The position numbers were made by a program, and so were the translations under genes. A stretch of DNA of 64,000 nt from Gordius albopunctatus (taxonomy: Eukaryota). The stretch lies in assembly GCA_964276515.1 (NCBI GenBank), contig OZ193909.1, positions 21,266,001 to 21,330,000 of the forward strand, written 5' to 3'. This document shows positions 38,061 through 50,400 of the stretch, one piece after another. Under the pieces are notes generated by a model. That model saw nothing but the letters and a program-made list of their open reading frames with translations, did not search any database and was not told where the DNA came from. Position 1 is the stretch's first letter. Every line of letters starts with the position of its first letter.

Positions 38061-38479
38061 ATTTGCCATAGATTCTTGCCAAAGTTTAACGTTCAAAACA
38101 TCTTTGTTTATGACATTTTGAAGCAAGGGTAGCAATTTAAACCTGGGCTTCACGAACGGGACAAATTTTTTTGGGAGCCTCATCGCCTTTATCTTTGTTA
38201 ATAAGTAAAAAAAATTCGTCCCTTATTTTTGAAAAACCTCACCCAAAATGGTGATCTAATTGACTTAATAAATATGCACTATGGAAGAAGGAATAATGAG
38301 AAACTTAAAGAATTATTTCTTCATAAGCTTAACGTTTAATTATAAACAAAATTAAAGGGGATTCGACCCGAGGTTCTTTTTAAGCATTAATATAGTAGAA
38401 ATTAGTAAATAAATTGCAGGTTAATGATATACTTTAGAAGATAATAACAACCCCGTTCAGGAGTGCCCGGAATTAAATT

Positions 38480-38602
38480 AAAAGAATACTCTAATTAGCG
38501 CCATCTATGGGCAATTTTAATTAGAGACTAATTTGAACTATGTATATCATCCCTATCTTTTTTAGTATGTGACTCGAAAATGATAACAGACATATAACGT
38601 TT
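38480..38602 (-). repeat. Second copy of the hammerhead-bearing repeat (3' half of the motif plus downstream body)
   Basis: Reverse complement reads aaacgttatatgtc...tttcgagtcaca...tctctaattaaaattgcccatagatggcgctaatt, matching 36740-36850. Confidence 0.85.
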
Positions 38603-38721
38603 AATATTTAGGGTAATATTAAAGAAATGCAAAGTCACTTTTTTCAACCCGAACCCAACTTGACCTGACCCGACCCGAAAGGATTAAAAAAATTTAACTG
38701 AATCATACTGATGAGCTCTAA

Positions 38722-38968
38722 TCCTCTATTTAATGTGGGTTCGAATCCCGGCGAGGGCAATTTTTTTTAATTAAATGGAAAATTTGCATAAATAATTAAC
38801 TAATCATTTTGCATTTAATAACCTTCTATAGGCATTTCTGCCCCTTCCGACCTTTCTCGCCCATAAATTGCATAGCAAATATGCTTCGTTTATACGGAGT
38901 ATAGATGGGTTTCGTTCCCCCTTCCCTTCCCCCCTCCCCCTTCCCACGAGGGCCGAAGGCCCGAGTTT
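38722..38968 (+). mobile_element. HINE/DINE-like element, 3' part
   Basis: Near-identical to 39716-39978. Confidence 0.85.
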
Positions 38969-39080
38969 ATATATTACATTGTAGAAACATGATAATAACT
39001 CGCTGTACACGTTTAAGATTAAAAATATTCATAAGATGCAGAAAACAATCATGATACCGTAAGAATATGGTTTTTCGTTT

Positions 39081-39978
39081 TAATTGCTGTGCAATTTATG
39101 GGCTCGTTTTTTGTTGTCCGTCGTCCGTCGTCCACTAAAATATTTACACCAGCTTCCCGACTTGCAGGTTGGGGATCGAGACCCGGAGAGGACAAAATTT
39201 TTTTATTTTTCTTTAAATTAAAGTAATATTATGTTGTTGTTAATGCCATTCATAATATGACTTTTTCATCGTCCGCAGGCTACTGACCAATGAAAATATG
39301 ACCATTGGCCAAATAAACCGAAATTTTTAATTTTTCGTTTTTGAATTGGGTAACGTTGATAATTACCATATGCCCTCCACTACAAGGGGCTATGCCTCTA
39401 GTGATATGGGTCCCTGTGCCCCTACAAAATCCTATGCCTCTATTAATTTGGGTTCGAATACCGGGGAACGTTCTAAATTGGTGGTTCGAGACCCGGAGAG
39501 GACAAAATTTTTTTTTTTTGAAATTAAATTAATATATTGTTCTTGTTAATACCATTAAAAATATGACTTTTTTACCGTGTTCTGGCCATTGAAAAAAATG
39601 ACCACTGGCCAAATTGTGAATCGAAATTTTTTTTTCGTTTTTGAATTGGTTAACATTGATAAATTACCCTATGCCTCTACTGATATGGGTCCCTGTTCCC
39701 CTACAAAGGCTTATGCCTCTATTAATGTGGGTTCGAATCCCAGAGAAGGCAATTTTTTTTAATTAAATGGAAAATTTGCATAAATAATTAACTATTTATT
39801 TTGCATTTAATACCCCCCTATAGGCATTCTCGCCCCTTCCCACCTTTCTCGCCCATAAATTGCATAGCAAATATGCTACGTTTATACGGAGTATAGAAGA
39901 GTTTCGTTCCCCCTTCCCTCCCCCCCCCCCTTCCCTTCCCCCCTCCCCCTTCCCACGAGAGCCGAAGGCCCGAGTTTT
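39081..39978 (+). mobile_element. Apparently complete HINE/DINE-1-like non-autonomous Helentron element
   Basis: 5' subterminal repeat ttgctgtgcaatttatgggc, GTCC/GTC microsatellite, internal duplicated block of about 300 bp, inverted subterminal repeat at 39851-39870, 3' GC hairpin, and T-rich flanks. Confidence 0.8.
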
Positions 39979-41452
39979 ATTTTTATCTTTGTAAGAGGTG
40001 ATGATTATATAGAAAGAAATTAGGGTTTATGCTATAATTTTCATTGGAACTTTTATCATTTGTACTCTACATTCGATTTTTTCTTATATTGAGTTATTTT
40101 ATTTTCGTCAATTTTCTGCCATTTAAATATGATTTGACAATGATTTGAATCCTTTTGTTTTGTGTGTCCTTTTATCATAAAGGTTATAAGGGTGCCCCAC
40201 TGTTTAATAATATTTTATCAATTTAACGAATCAAATTATCATTGCCAAATTTAACATATATATATATATACAAATCTTAAAGCAGGATCTATTTGGATAA
40301 ATTGAATCCGGGATTTTTATGAAGATTAAAATTAAGTAAGTTACATTTTTTAAGTTTAAGTTATTTCCTTGTCTCATAAAATTTTATATTGCCTAGCCTT
40401 TAATCTAAATTGCATGCCTACCCAGTTTGATCAATATTTAAGGATTATGTTTTTCTAAAGTCTATTAGTTTACCCAATTTGGCAATATGTTAACAAAGTA
40501 ACATGGTATCATTCAATTTCCCAGTAATTCCCATACGTTTTTTAGGCCTACTAGCGACGACATCTTGTGACTTTATTTTGGCTTGAAAAGTGTTATTCTT
40601 TCTCCGCTTCCTATTAATTACTTCTTACAATTCCATATGGCATGCAAGCCTCCCTCACTAAATCAAGATCGAGGTTCCACTTAAATATTAAGTGTTGAGT
40701 ATCAATAATAGTCAGATTCTAGTTTATCACGGGCGTATCCAAAATTTGCATAAGAGGGGGGGGGGGGGGGGTGGGGCAAAATGATACTTTTTTGATTTTA
40801 GCCGTAAATATATTTTATTTATAAGTTTGGAATTGGAGCGGTCTAAGCCTATAAATATTATCCTATCTTTTTTAAAGGTGTTGAAACCCCATTTTAAATA
40901 TTAAATAAAATGTTTTTGTAAGAAAAATGATAAAAACAAATGATTTTGCAATCGTACTCATTTATTATATAATTTTTTGCATTAATGTAGCCAAGTTCTA
41001 TGATAAATTTGTTGTTTATTAAAATATCTATTTATAAAAATTTCAAAGTTATAAAAAAAGAGAGATTATTAAAATTTTATGTTTTTCACAAAGCGCGAGA
41101 TTTTAAAATCCAAAATTCTCTAAAAAGATGAATAGTGTCATTTCAAGGTAAAAAGGCTAATTTCTTGTAATTTTATCTGATCGATTGTCATCTTCTGTTC
41201 CCTTTATATTTTTACAAAAATAATTATTTAATGGAAAACATCTGCTGAACTACCTCGCCTATTAACACAAAAATCTTCGGCATACATTTATTAAGAAGGA
41301 CAATGGTGGGCCTATAAATTACATAGCAATCAAAATAAGTTTTTATTACACACAGGGTGAGCCTTTCTCAATAGATTAGGGTAAATCGTTTGAAGAAAAG
41401 TACTTATTACAAAAACTGAGACATGACTGACTTGAGGGTTACTCAAAATATC

Positions 41453-42733
41453 TTAAAACTTTCCTAATATCATTCTGGCACGGACGTTTGCCCTAACGCT
41501 TCTCCAATGCTTTTTGATCCTTTTTTCCGCTACCATCGCATCAAAAATTTTTTCTGAATAGAAATGCAGCAAGAAATTGGGGATTGAATCAATATTTTCT
41601 AAAATTTCTGTAAGTGGTACTAACATTTCAATCCAAATGGGTCCGGGCCCATCGGTTAGGTCGTGATTTAAAAGTTTTTTAATAACGATAGCCACCACTT
41701 TAGGTCCTAGACATACCATGTGCAAAATGCCTAGAGTTACTGTCATTAGCATGTAAAGCTGTAATTTGCGCATCTTAGAATTGGAAAATAGCTTTTCTTT
41801 CTTAGAACCACTACTGTCACCTTGTTTAGTGGGATTTGGATTAATGACATTTTGATTAGAATGCCCGTTGGCGATTTCCTTTTTTTTGGTAGACTCCTTT
41901 TTGCATTGTTTAATCATGGTGAAGAAAGAGATTTGTGCTCGACCGGGATTGTAACGAGAATGTATACGCGCGTGCTTTCTCCTAGCTATTTCGTAACTCG
42001 CAAAATTGATGAATATAACCGCCAAGGCCGGTACTATAAAAAGAATGACGTCGTAGAGGAGTAGGCCGACTTTAAAAGTTTGGGTGTGGGCTAGGGGGGA
42101 AAAAGTGACCATGCCTACCCCCTCGCTCCAAGATGAATGACTATGAGTTATCTCCGGGGTCCAAGTCTGATTTTGGGAATTTCGTGAAACTTTACCTTTA
42201 ACGGGATGTATTTGATATTCGAATGCTAGGGGAATACCTAAAAGGGCATACATCAAGTATGTTAGGCTAAAGAATAAATGGACACTTCGTACCGTTATGA
42301 CTGTGTAAATTTCGCGGTCCAGTAAAATCATGACGAACAGATTGATGCAAAGCGCAAGCGAATGCAATATGATGATATTGCTGAACGTTCGTAGTAGGTA
42401 AAAGTTGAGGTGATACAGGAAGGCGATCCAGGCCACGTAGGCTTTAGGTACCGTTACGTCGATGTACCAAGTTGACGGAATGTAGGCCGACCCCAAGATG
42501 TCGAGATACTTGACCAGAATGAACACGCTGCAAAAGATGTCCTCCAAGGATAACCAATACAGGATTACGTGGATTTGGCTGGAAAAGTGAGATCTCTCGA
42601 ATTTGTAGATCAAGTGAGCGCAGTAAATGATACCAGCCAAGCTGGCTATTGCGTTACCGTAACTTTCGAAATTAAAAAAATGCCTGTAAAAAAGGTCTGA
42701 AGTGGAGGAGGTTGCATTGCTGCTATGCGACAT
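41453..42733 (-). CDS. Divergent class A-like 7-TM receptor (peptide-receptor/srw-like), intronless CDS, about 426 aa
   Basis: Long open frame with seven hydrophobic segments, an N-terminal N-glycosylation sequon (NAT), TM5 FIVP, TM6 CLGP and TM7 DSIPNFLLHF; first ATG at 42733. Confidence 0.85.
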   Translation of the reverse strand: MSHSSNATSSTSDLFYRHFFNFESYGNAIASLAGIIYCAHLIYKFERSHFSSQIHVILYWLSLEDIFCSVFILVKYLDILGSAYIPSTWYIDVTVPKAYVAWIAFLYHLNFYLLRTFSNIIILHSLALCINLFVMILLDREIYTVITVRSVHLFFSLTYLMYALLGIPLAFEYQIHPVKGKVSRNSQNQTWTPEITHSHSSWSEGVGMVTFSPLAHTQTFKVGLLLYDVILFIVPALAVIFINFASYEIARRKHARIHSRYNPGRAQISFFTMIKQCKKESTKKKEIANGHSNQNVINPNPTKQGDSSGSKKEKLFSNSKMRKLQLYMLMTVTLGILHMVCLGPKVVAIVIKKLLNHDLTDGPGPIWIEMLVPLTEILENIDSIPNFLLHFYSEKIFDAMVAEKRIKKHWRSVRANVRARMILGKF

Positions 42734-44789
42734 TTCTAAGCCTTGTGACAATGACAATGCTAAAAGGATTAACCTATAAAGTTGTTGTATTATAATACTA
42801 GGGAGGAGAGAAATTTTAATGATTGCTATTTACTTTTAGGGTTGCCCCCCCCCCCAACTTAAGCCAGAGTTCTTACTATTGAGGTTCATTAAAATCGATA
42901 TATAATTAAAAGTTTGGGGAGGGAACAAATCTAGAGGGATATGTAATAGGAATTCTAGGAGAGAGAACTTTGCCAATTTTAGCATCAAGTTCCTACTAGA
43001 CCTTAAACGCTTAAAGTTATGAGGAATTTACGTAAAAGTCACCTGGAAAAATATGGCACTGATTTACATTTTGTGTCAGACAGAATACAAACCCGTTAGC
43101 TTTTTCCTTAGGTTTATACTACTTAAAGTTATTGCAAAACAACTGTGGACTATATAAATGTTTAAACAAATTAACTTTATTACTAGGTATTCAGTATTCG
43201 ATTTGGATTGGGGGCAAAACGTTTAAAAGTTCAGGGTTAGGGGAGGGGCAAAACATAAAAAAATATTTTCGTCACCTGGCTACGCCTATGAGTCTTCATA
43301 ATCCAAAAATACTATACAAAAAACATAAAAAACCATTGTTTGTCAAAATCATGGCTTCTCTTTATAGAATGTTTTTTTTATTTAAAATAACTTTAAATCT
43401 TAATTATATTTGTTAATGATAAAATCTTTTAATAGAATCATCAATTTGGCATGTTATAACTAATTTCAGTAATTTTTAATGCATCCTTACACTGTGATCG
43501 GTAATTTGATTTACAATAGGTTAGATTAAAAACTACAAATCCAATAAATCAGTATTGAAATTAAATATGTTATATCGATTATTGATTTTCATATCTGTGA
43601 TTTGTGTTTATTGAATCCCATGCCAATTGGGTAAGCCAAACTATCTATGCGAATTATTCCCAGTGTTTTCCGACAGCATAAATGTTTCGATTGGGAAATT
43701 TTTTTAATTATTTTTCCGAGAAAGGGGGGATGCTAAAAATATTTTATTGACTTATAATACATATTTTTTAGTTCATTTTCATTGGCAGGGGCAAAAAATA
43801 AGGAATTGATTTGCATTTTCGATCTGGACTTGAACTGGAACCCAACGCCGCCACCCCCCTCTTCCATTATGGCCAAGAATTTAAATTTAGATCGAGACAT
43901 TTAAGTTAAACTCATTAGCATTATAAAACAATAATTTAGCAAGTTTTTTCTTTTTTGGACGATTTGTTGGGAACCGGTCAAAGTATATAGAAAATATTAG
44001 GATAGGTTCAGGGTTAGTATACTATATGAAAAGTCATAATAGTTTTGCATATTTGTGCTACTTTGACCCCTATCCCATTTTTTATAGGAAATATAAAGAG
44101 AGACATGTCACAGTTTACAAACTACTTTTGTGCTAGTCTCAACAAATAATTCTTTATTTTTTGACCCGAACCCGACTTGTGAACTTTCGTCAATACTAAA
44201 AATCTCAAAAACAGTGAATTAGTGACAATTCAGTCACTTGAATATTTCCTTTATTAATGTCCCAATTTTATCTAATATAAAGGTTAAATTTAGCCAAACT
44301 TTTTTTGAAACGTTAATTTTGTAAGTCTAAGTCACTTATAAAAAACATAAAACCATGGGCGTAGCCAGGTTTGGATTTGGGGGGGGGGGCAATAATGATT
44401 TAGAGAGAGGCCAAACGATATTTTTTGAAGTCATATAATTTTAAAAGATTTCTGGATTTGGGGGGGGGGCAGCCGCCCCTCCTTGCCACCCCCTGTGTAA
44501 GCCCATGATGCATAAAAGCAAAAGACACATTGGACAAATACAAAGATAGATGTAAATCATAATCATCCAAAACGGCCCAAGAGTGGGAAAAGGGCTTAAA
44601 GTTGTATAGTACCATGAGAATCTCAGGTTGTTGTCCGATTAAAAAAGATGTGAAAATCTAGAATTCTGGGAACGTTTTCCAATGTCATTAAATAAGTTCA
44701 TGGCCTGTAAACTAAATCTGTCAGGGCATGAACGGGGATAAAAATAGTGGAAGCCTAAAGAGCAGACGCAGAGTATTAAGTGGTTTCTG

Positions 44790-45006
44790 TGGCAATTACA
44801 GAGGTATCAAGCTAATTTGTTACTTCTAGGACATTGAGGTACCGAGGGAGAGAGGAAGAGGACGACCTCGTGTCACGTGGAATGGGGGAGTGGTAAAGTC
44901 ATGAAAACAAAAGATTTTAAACCCGATTAAGATGGAAGAACCTCATCGACACAAACCCCACCACTGTGGAACCAAATACTTGATAAAGAAGAAGAAGAAG
45001 AAGAAG
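44790..45006 (+). mobile_element. RTE LINE 3' fragment with (GAA)n tail
   Basis: gaggaagaggacgacctcgtgtcacgtggaa...aagatggaagaa...gaagaagaagaag. Confidence 0.8.
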
Positions 45007-45497
45007 TCTCTCCTTTGCGATGCCAGAGGATCGGTGTTAAACGACGGGGGGGGGGCAAAAAGGTTGATACGTGCAAAATTTCAATTAAGGTATAAGCCAT
45101 TTCGCCAAAGGACTTGTCAGGTCCCTCAATTATCTTAAACAACGTGTCGTCTGTCTGTCTGTTTAATAAGCTTAGTTGATACTTTAATATTTTTACTAAA
45201 TTTCCTAAAATTTTAATTTTTATGCAGATTCATTTTAAGGTGTATGAAGGGAATAATAAACTCTTTTGACACGATGAAGGCCAAAGTTAAATCTATCAAG
45301 ATTCTCATATTTTGAAACTACTTGTACCAAATTTAATATTCACCTTTTTCACAAGAGACTACAATTTTTAAATGAAAATCAAATCAAGATTAAATAACCC
45401 TGGTGGCGTATAAACAAATTACGACCCTAATTCTTGTAGTATTTGCAAATGACACTTGAAAATCAGTCGGTAGTTTGCATGTTGTCCTGTGCATACC

Positions 45498-45666
45498 CAT
45501 GGGCGTAGCTAAGGGGGGGGGGCAGAAAGGGGCGGCAGTCCCCCCTATAAATCCAAATATTTGTTAAATTTATGAAAATTATGGCTAAAATTTCGAAAAA
45601 TTAACATTTTTCCCCTCCCTATATAATTATTGTCCCCCTCTAATCACAATGCAGACTACGCCCGCG
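45498..45666. mobile_element. hAT-type MITE family A
   Basis: catgggcgtagc...actacgcccgcg with a perfect 8-bp TSD TGCATACC. Confidence 0.88.
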
Positions 45667-47430
45667 TGCATACCTCTAATGTAACATCCGGTTATTATTG
45701 ATTATGGACTTTAAATCTAAAGATCTTTTCAACTGCATTAAGGGGCCAAATTAGAATGTTTAATTCAGACAGTAAAATGTTCTTGAGTTTATGACATATT
45801 GAATTTATAGTTTTGTTGATTCGAACTAAAAACGCGTTAAAAATCGATAACATTTGAAAAATGATTTCCCATCCATGCATTCTTTCAAATTTTTAAGGGA
45901 TGTCTGTAAAGAAATAATTACTATAGTCCTAAATTACCTAAAGCTCATATTATACACCGAATTACATTAAATTTTGTTGTTTTATAGCTATAGTTATGTT
46001 ATTTCAAAATATTAGTATATTTAAATATTTAATGGAGATAAACGGTTGAAAACATAAAATCTTTAAAAGAGGGGGAAATTTGCTTAAATTTCTGGTTATC
46101 AGTTTTAAGCTTCAACTTTAATTTTCATTTTCCTTATACAACAACTTAGGGCCATTATATTAAAGATTTATTTTAGAATATTGCTTATAGCTCGTGCGTG
46201 TTAGACAGACACTCTTTCTCATCAACCCTTAAAGGTATTCATAAAATTTAACTAGTTTAAAAATTAAAATATTTACAAGGATTATTTTTTGATATAGGAG
46301 AAAGAATAGAGAAGAGGGGGGAAATAATTACTGATGGAGAGAGCTTAATTAACTTACATTTATATAAATCACGTCTTTAAATGGTGAGCTTAATATTTAA
46401 TTAACGAATTCCACAAAAGTCGCGAGCTAGGTTCTAATGTCCGTTAAAAGTTTAACTCTTATATTTTTCATTTCCCTCACACTACTATTATATCAATCTT
46501 TTAATGTTTTCTCTTTGTTATAATTTTTTGTGTTTTTATGAATTTGGGATGGCTAAGTAGATTTCAATTAAATATACATTTGTACACATGATTGTTACAA
46601 GTTTACAATATTACTTGTTACTTTAGTAAATATATGATAGCGATAATCCTTGTTTATTTTCTTAGTGTAGCTTATAATGATTTATAATAATCACCATAAA
46701 CAAGTACCAATGATTCACAATGTTTATATAATAACATATTCAAAAATGTTAATCAAAAGGCACACTAACAGTAAATAACAATAAATTTAAATACACATTT
46801 ATAGTAAAGAAGAATAAAAAAAAATTTGAAGTACATGTAAACGAGATTTTTATCAAATTATAATAATGTAGACATACACCTGAGATATACTTTTATTCCA
46901 AATATTAACAAAATTGTGACATCCAACCCTTTTTATGGTCATTCGTCGTCGTCATTGAGTATGGATAAATCTCTGTTACAACAGGCATAGACTAAATAGA
47001 CTGTTCATCAACTTTAAATAAGTGTACCCTTTTCCGCCATTTTGAAATGTGCACAAAAAAGGAAGGACATATATAGCTTATAGTAATTATGGTTGTTAAT
47101 AAAAGTGTTTTTAAAACGTAATAAAATAATCTTGCTTGATCTAGTTAAATATTACAAACATATTGTAATATATATATATATATATATATCATGTATAAAA
47201 TTTGTATTAACAATGGGGTACAGTGCAGAAAGACATGGAAGATAGTTAAATTCGAAATGGCAGATTTAAGGGTAAACTTTTACTATATCAAACATATGAC
47301 ATGAGCAGTCTATTTATTCAATGGTTACAGAGTAATGTAAGATAGTAACTTTTAATGATTAAGTTAGTTTGAGGAGCCAGATTATTTGCTTATCGATGCC
47401 TGCTTTGGTTTAAAAAACGCGTCACTTCGA

Positions 47431-50400
47431 CTAACCTTTCTTAAGGATTAGTCTCAAATTAACATTTTTATGTACGTGATTCCAATTTTTCTTCACCCTT
47501 TTTTCTACCAACATGGCTTCAAAGATCTTTTCGGAATAAAAATGAAGAACAAAATTGGGTATGGAATCAATATTTTCCAAAATATCCGTGATTGATACAA
47601 ATGAAAGGACCCATTCGGGTGCGAGTAAATGAGCGGAGTGATGTACCAATGAGTGTTGAATTGTGAGAGCTATCACTTTGGGTCCCAAACAGATCAGGTG
47701 CAAAAAAGCCAGCGATATTGACATCACCATATATAATTTTAACTTACGCATCTTGGAATTCGAAAATGTTCCATTTCCCTCTATTGATAAATTTTACCAT
47801 AATACACAGTGAAACAAAAAAAAACTTTCTAAATAGATTTTAATGCTTTTGGTCTTATATATGAAAGCTTATAGATATGACTTTATATAGCTTACAAATC
47901 TATAGACGAATTCATTAAGTTTTTTTCTTATTCTCAATATTTATTATGGCCAAAAAGGCATCCTTATATTATCTGGTATCCCACAGGACAGGAAGCACAC
48001 CTAAAACATCCTTCTCTTTTCAAGACAATACCTTTTTATCATTTCATCCATCCTTTTACATTCTTCCCTTTTATTCCAAATCAAGCATATTAATCGAAAC
48101 AAACCTCAATGTTAATAAGGTTAAGGACGGGCCCATTCTAAAAGAACTAGAGGAGTTCTGCAAATGGGTCTGCTGCTTGGGGTTTGTGATAAATCGCGAA
48201 AAACAATTCGCATCTAGTGTTGTAAAAACCGCTGGGTTTTGTTTGGTCGGCTTTTGGTTTAACTAAGACTAACGCTCGACTCTGGCACTCTTTTCAAATT
48301 TCGACTAAGCCGGGAGCTCTACTAATCATAAACAGACCAACCGAAAAACCTTTGGTCCGTTTATGATTAGTCGATTAAAAGCAAAGGCCGACCGAACGAA
48401 AACTAGCTGTTTTTACAACACTATTCGCATCTATGGTGGAAAGGTAAACGTCAGCTCTTGGCAAGGTCAAGATTAGAATGGAACTCAAAGACGAGAAAGG
48501 CTTAACATCACGTTTAGGGAAAGAGGTTTTATTAAGTGTCAAACTAGTTTTAAAAGGCAATCAAAATTTTATGCTATCGTTATAGAAAATATTACTATGG
48601 ATATATAAGGTATGTAGAAACTATGAAAGGGACAACAAAAGATTCAACCAATGCAAGCAATTGCAAAAAAAGGACCTAGATCTTCAGTAAGTCACACAGT
48701 TAGCCGAAGCTTTAGTAAATCAAATGAAATTAATAAGAAACAATGTTGATGAAGAGTTTCGGGAAATTTTTTAGTAGCCGAAGCTAAGGCTAAGTTGTAT
48801 GATTTTGACCTTAAGAAACCTCGATATGCAAAGAAACAAACTTGCCGAAGTAATATTTTAACTGAATCCATTGAGGATTATTACAAAATCACTATTTTTA
48901 TACCTTTGCTCGATATGTTTATTATACAACTCAATGAACGGTTCGTGGACAAGAAAGAAGTTTTGGCAGAAAATTTCCAAATATTATTTCCTTCAAATTC
49001 TTCGATTGTTTCGTCAGAAACGGGGATGAAAATAAACTTTCTATGGGACTTTTATTACAATGATCTTAAGGGGACAAACGAAGAGCTAAAATCAGAATTT
49101 GATAGTATATGGTTTATGGCATTGTCTCAGACGTCAGAAGGATTTCGTCCAAAGAATCCCTTGGACGCCGCCCTATCAGGTGTTATAAAATATTGGAATC
49201 TTTACCCAACATCACAACTCTTCTTTACCTATTAGCTTGTCTTCCTATCATCATCACTACATGCACCAATGAAAGAAGTTTCTCAACGTTAAGGAGGCTT
49301 AAAACGTATGTAAGAAATACTATGTCGAAAGATAGATTAAATGGATTGGCCCTTTTAGCGATTCATCGGGAATTAGCTCCCACTCCAGCCAGATGAAGAA
49401 GTTCTTGAGATATCTTTGCTGGGAAAAAGAAAATATAAAATTATTTTATAATGACTTTCTTTATTTAATTTTAATGTTGAAATAAAAATGGTATAAAAAG
49501 GGCCAATCCATTTCATCTATTTTTTTACATAGTATTTCTTATATAAAAGCTAATAGGTAAGGAAGAGTTTTGATGTTGGGTAAAGATTACAATATTTTAT
49601 AACACCTGATAGGGTGTCCAAGGGATTCTTTGGACGAAATCCTTCTATAATTTATTTTCATTCGCGTTTCTGCCAAAACAATCAAAGAATTCAGAGGTAC
49701 TATTATTTAAAAATTTGCCAAAACTTGTTTCTTGTCCAAAAACCGATCATTTTCTTTGCATATCGAGGTTTCTTAAGTTCAAAATTGTAGAGAGGTAATA
49801 GGAGTGCGAAGTGCCTCCGGGAATACGTTATTTACCTGTGTGTTGTCAATCAAATTATTATCATTATTAGTTGTAACTTATATATGTGTTTGATATACAC
49901 GTCTCACTCACTTACTATTTTCTTACTATTGTGATATCCGTGCGTAACGTGTTTTGGAGATTATTCCCCGCTCTTAACAAAAATCATACAACTTAGCCTT
50001 AGGTTCGACTACTATTACTAAAGTTTCTGCTGACTGTCTAACTTGCTGAAGATCTAGGTGCTTTAAAGTTGCAGCTTCTGTTGCAACATCTTCAATTTCT
50101 CCTTATTTGGTTTATCTTCCATTTTTGACAACATTTCAACTCATATTTCTGGCTCTATCATATCCCTGGCCTCTTAAAAAATTTATATTTATATTGAGAT
50201 CTTTTATGCTCTTTATAATTAAGTCGCCTAGCCCTCTTCCAGTCGTACAAACTGTAAAAAATCTTCTTTTATTGTTAATCTAGAAGAGTCAATATATCAA
50301 GCACACCAATTCGGTCATTACAAATTGATATAACATCATTTTGAAAGTGAGGACTTAAGTAGTAGCACGGTACCTTACCTTAAAAGAGCTCTAAAATTGC

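Noticed and set aside
38730..38760. tRNA gene
   Set aside because: Only a B-box/T-arm-like motif; no cloverleaf, and it lies inside a repeat.
47985..48180. Penelope GIY-YIG endonuclease remnant (SILIETNLNVNK)
   Set aside because: The resemblance is too weak to support without a profile search.
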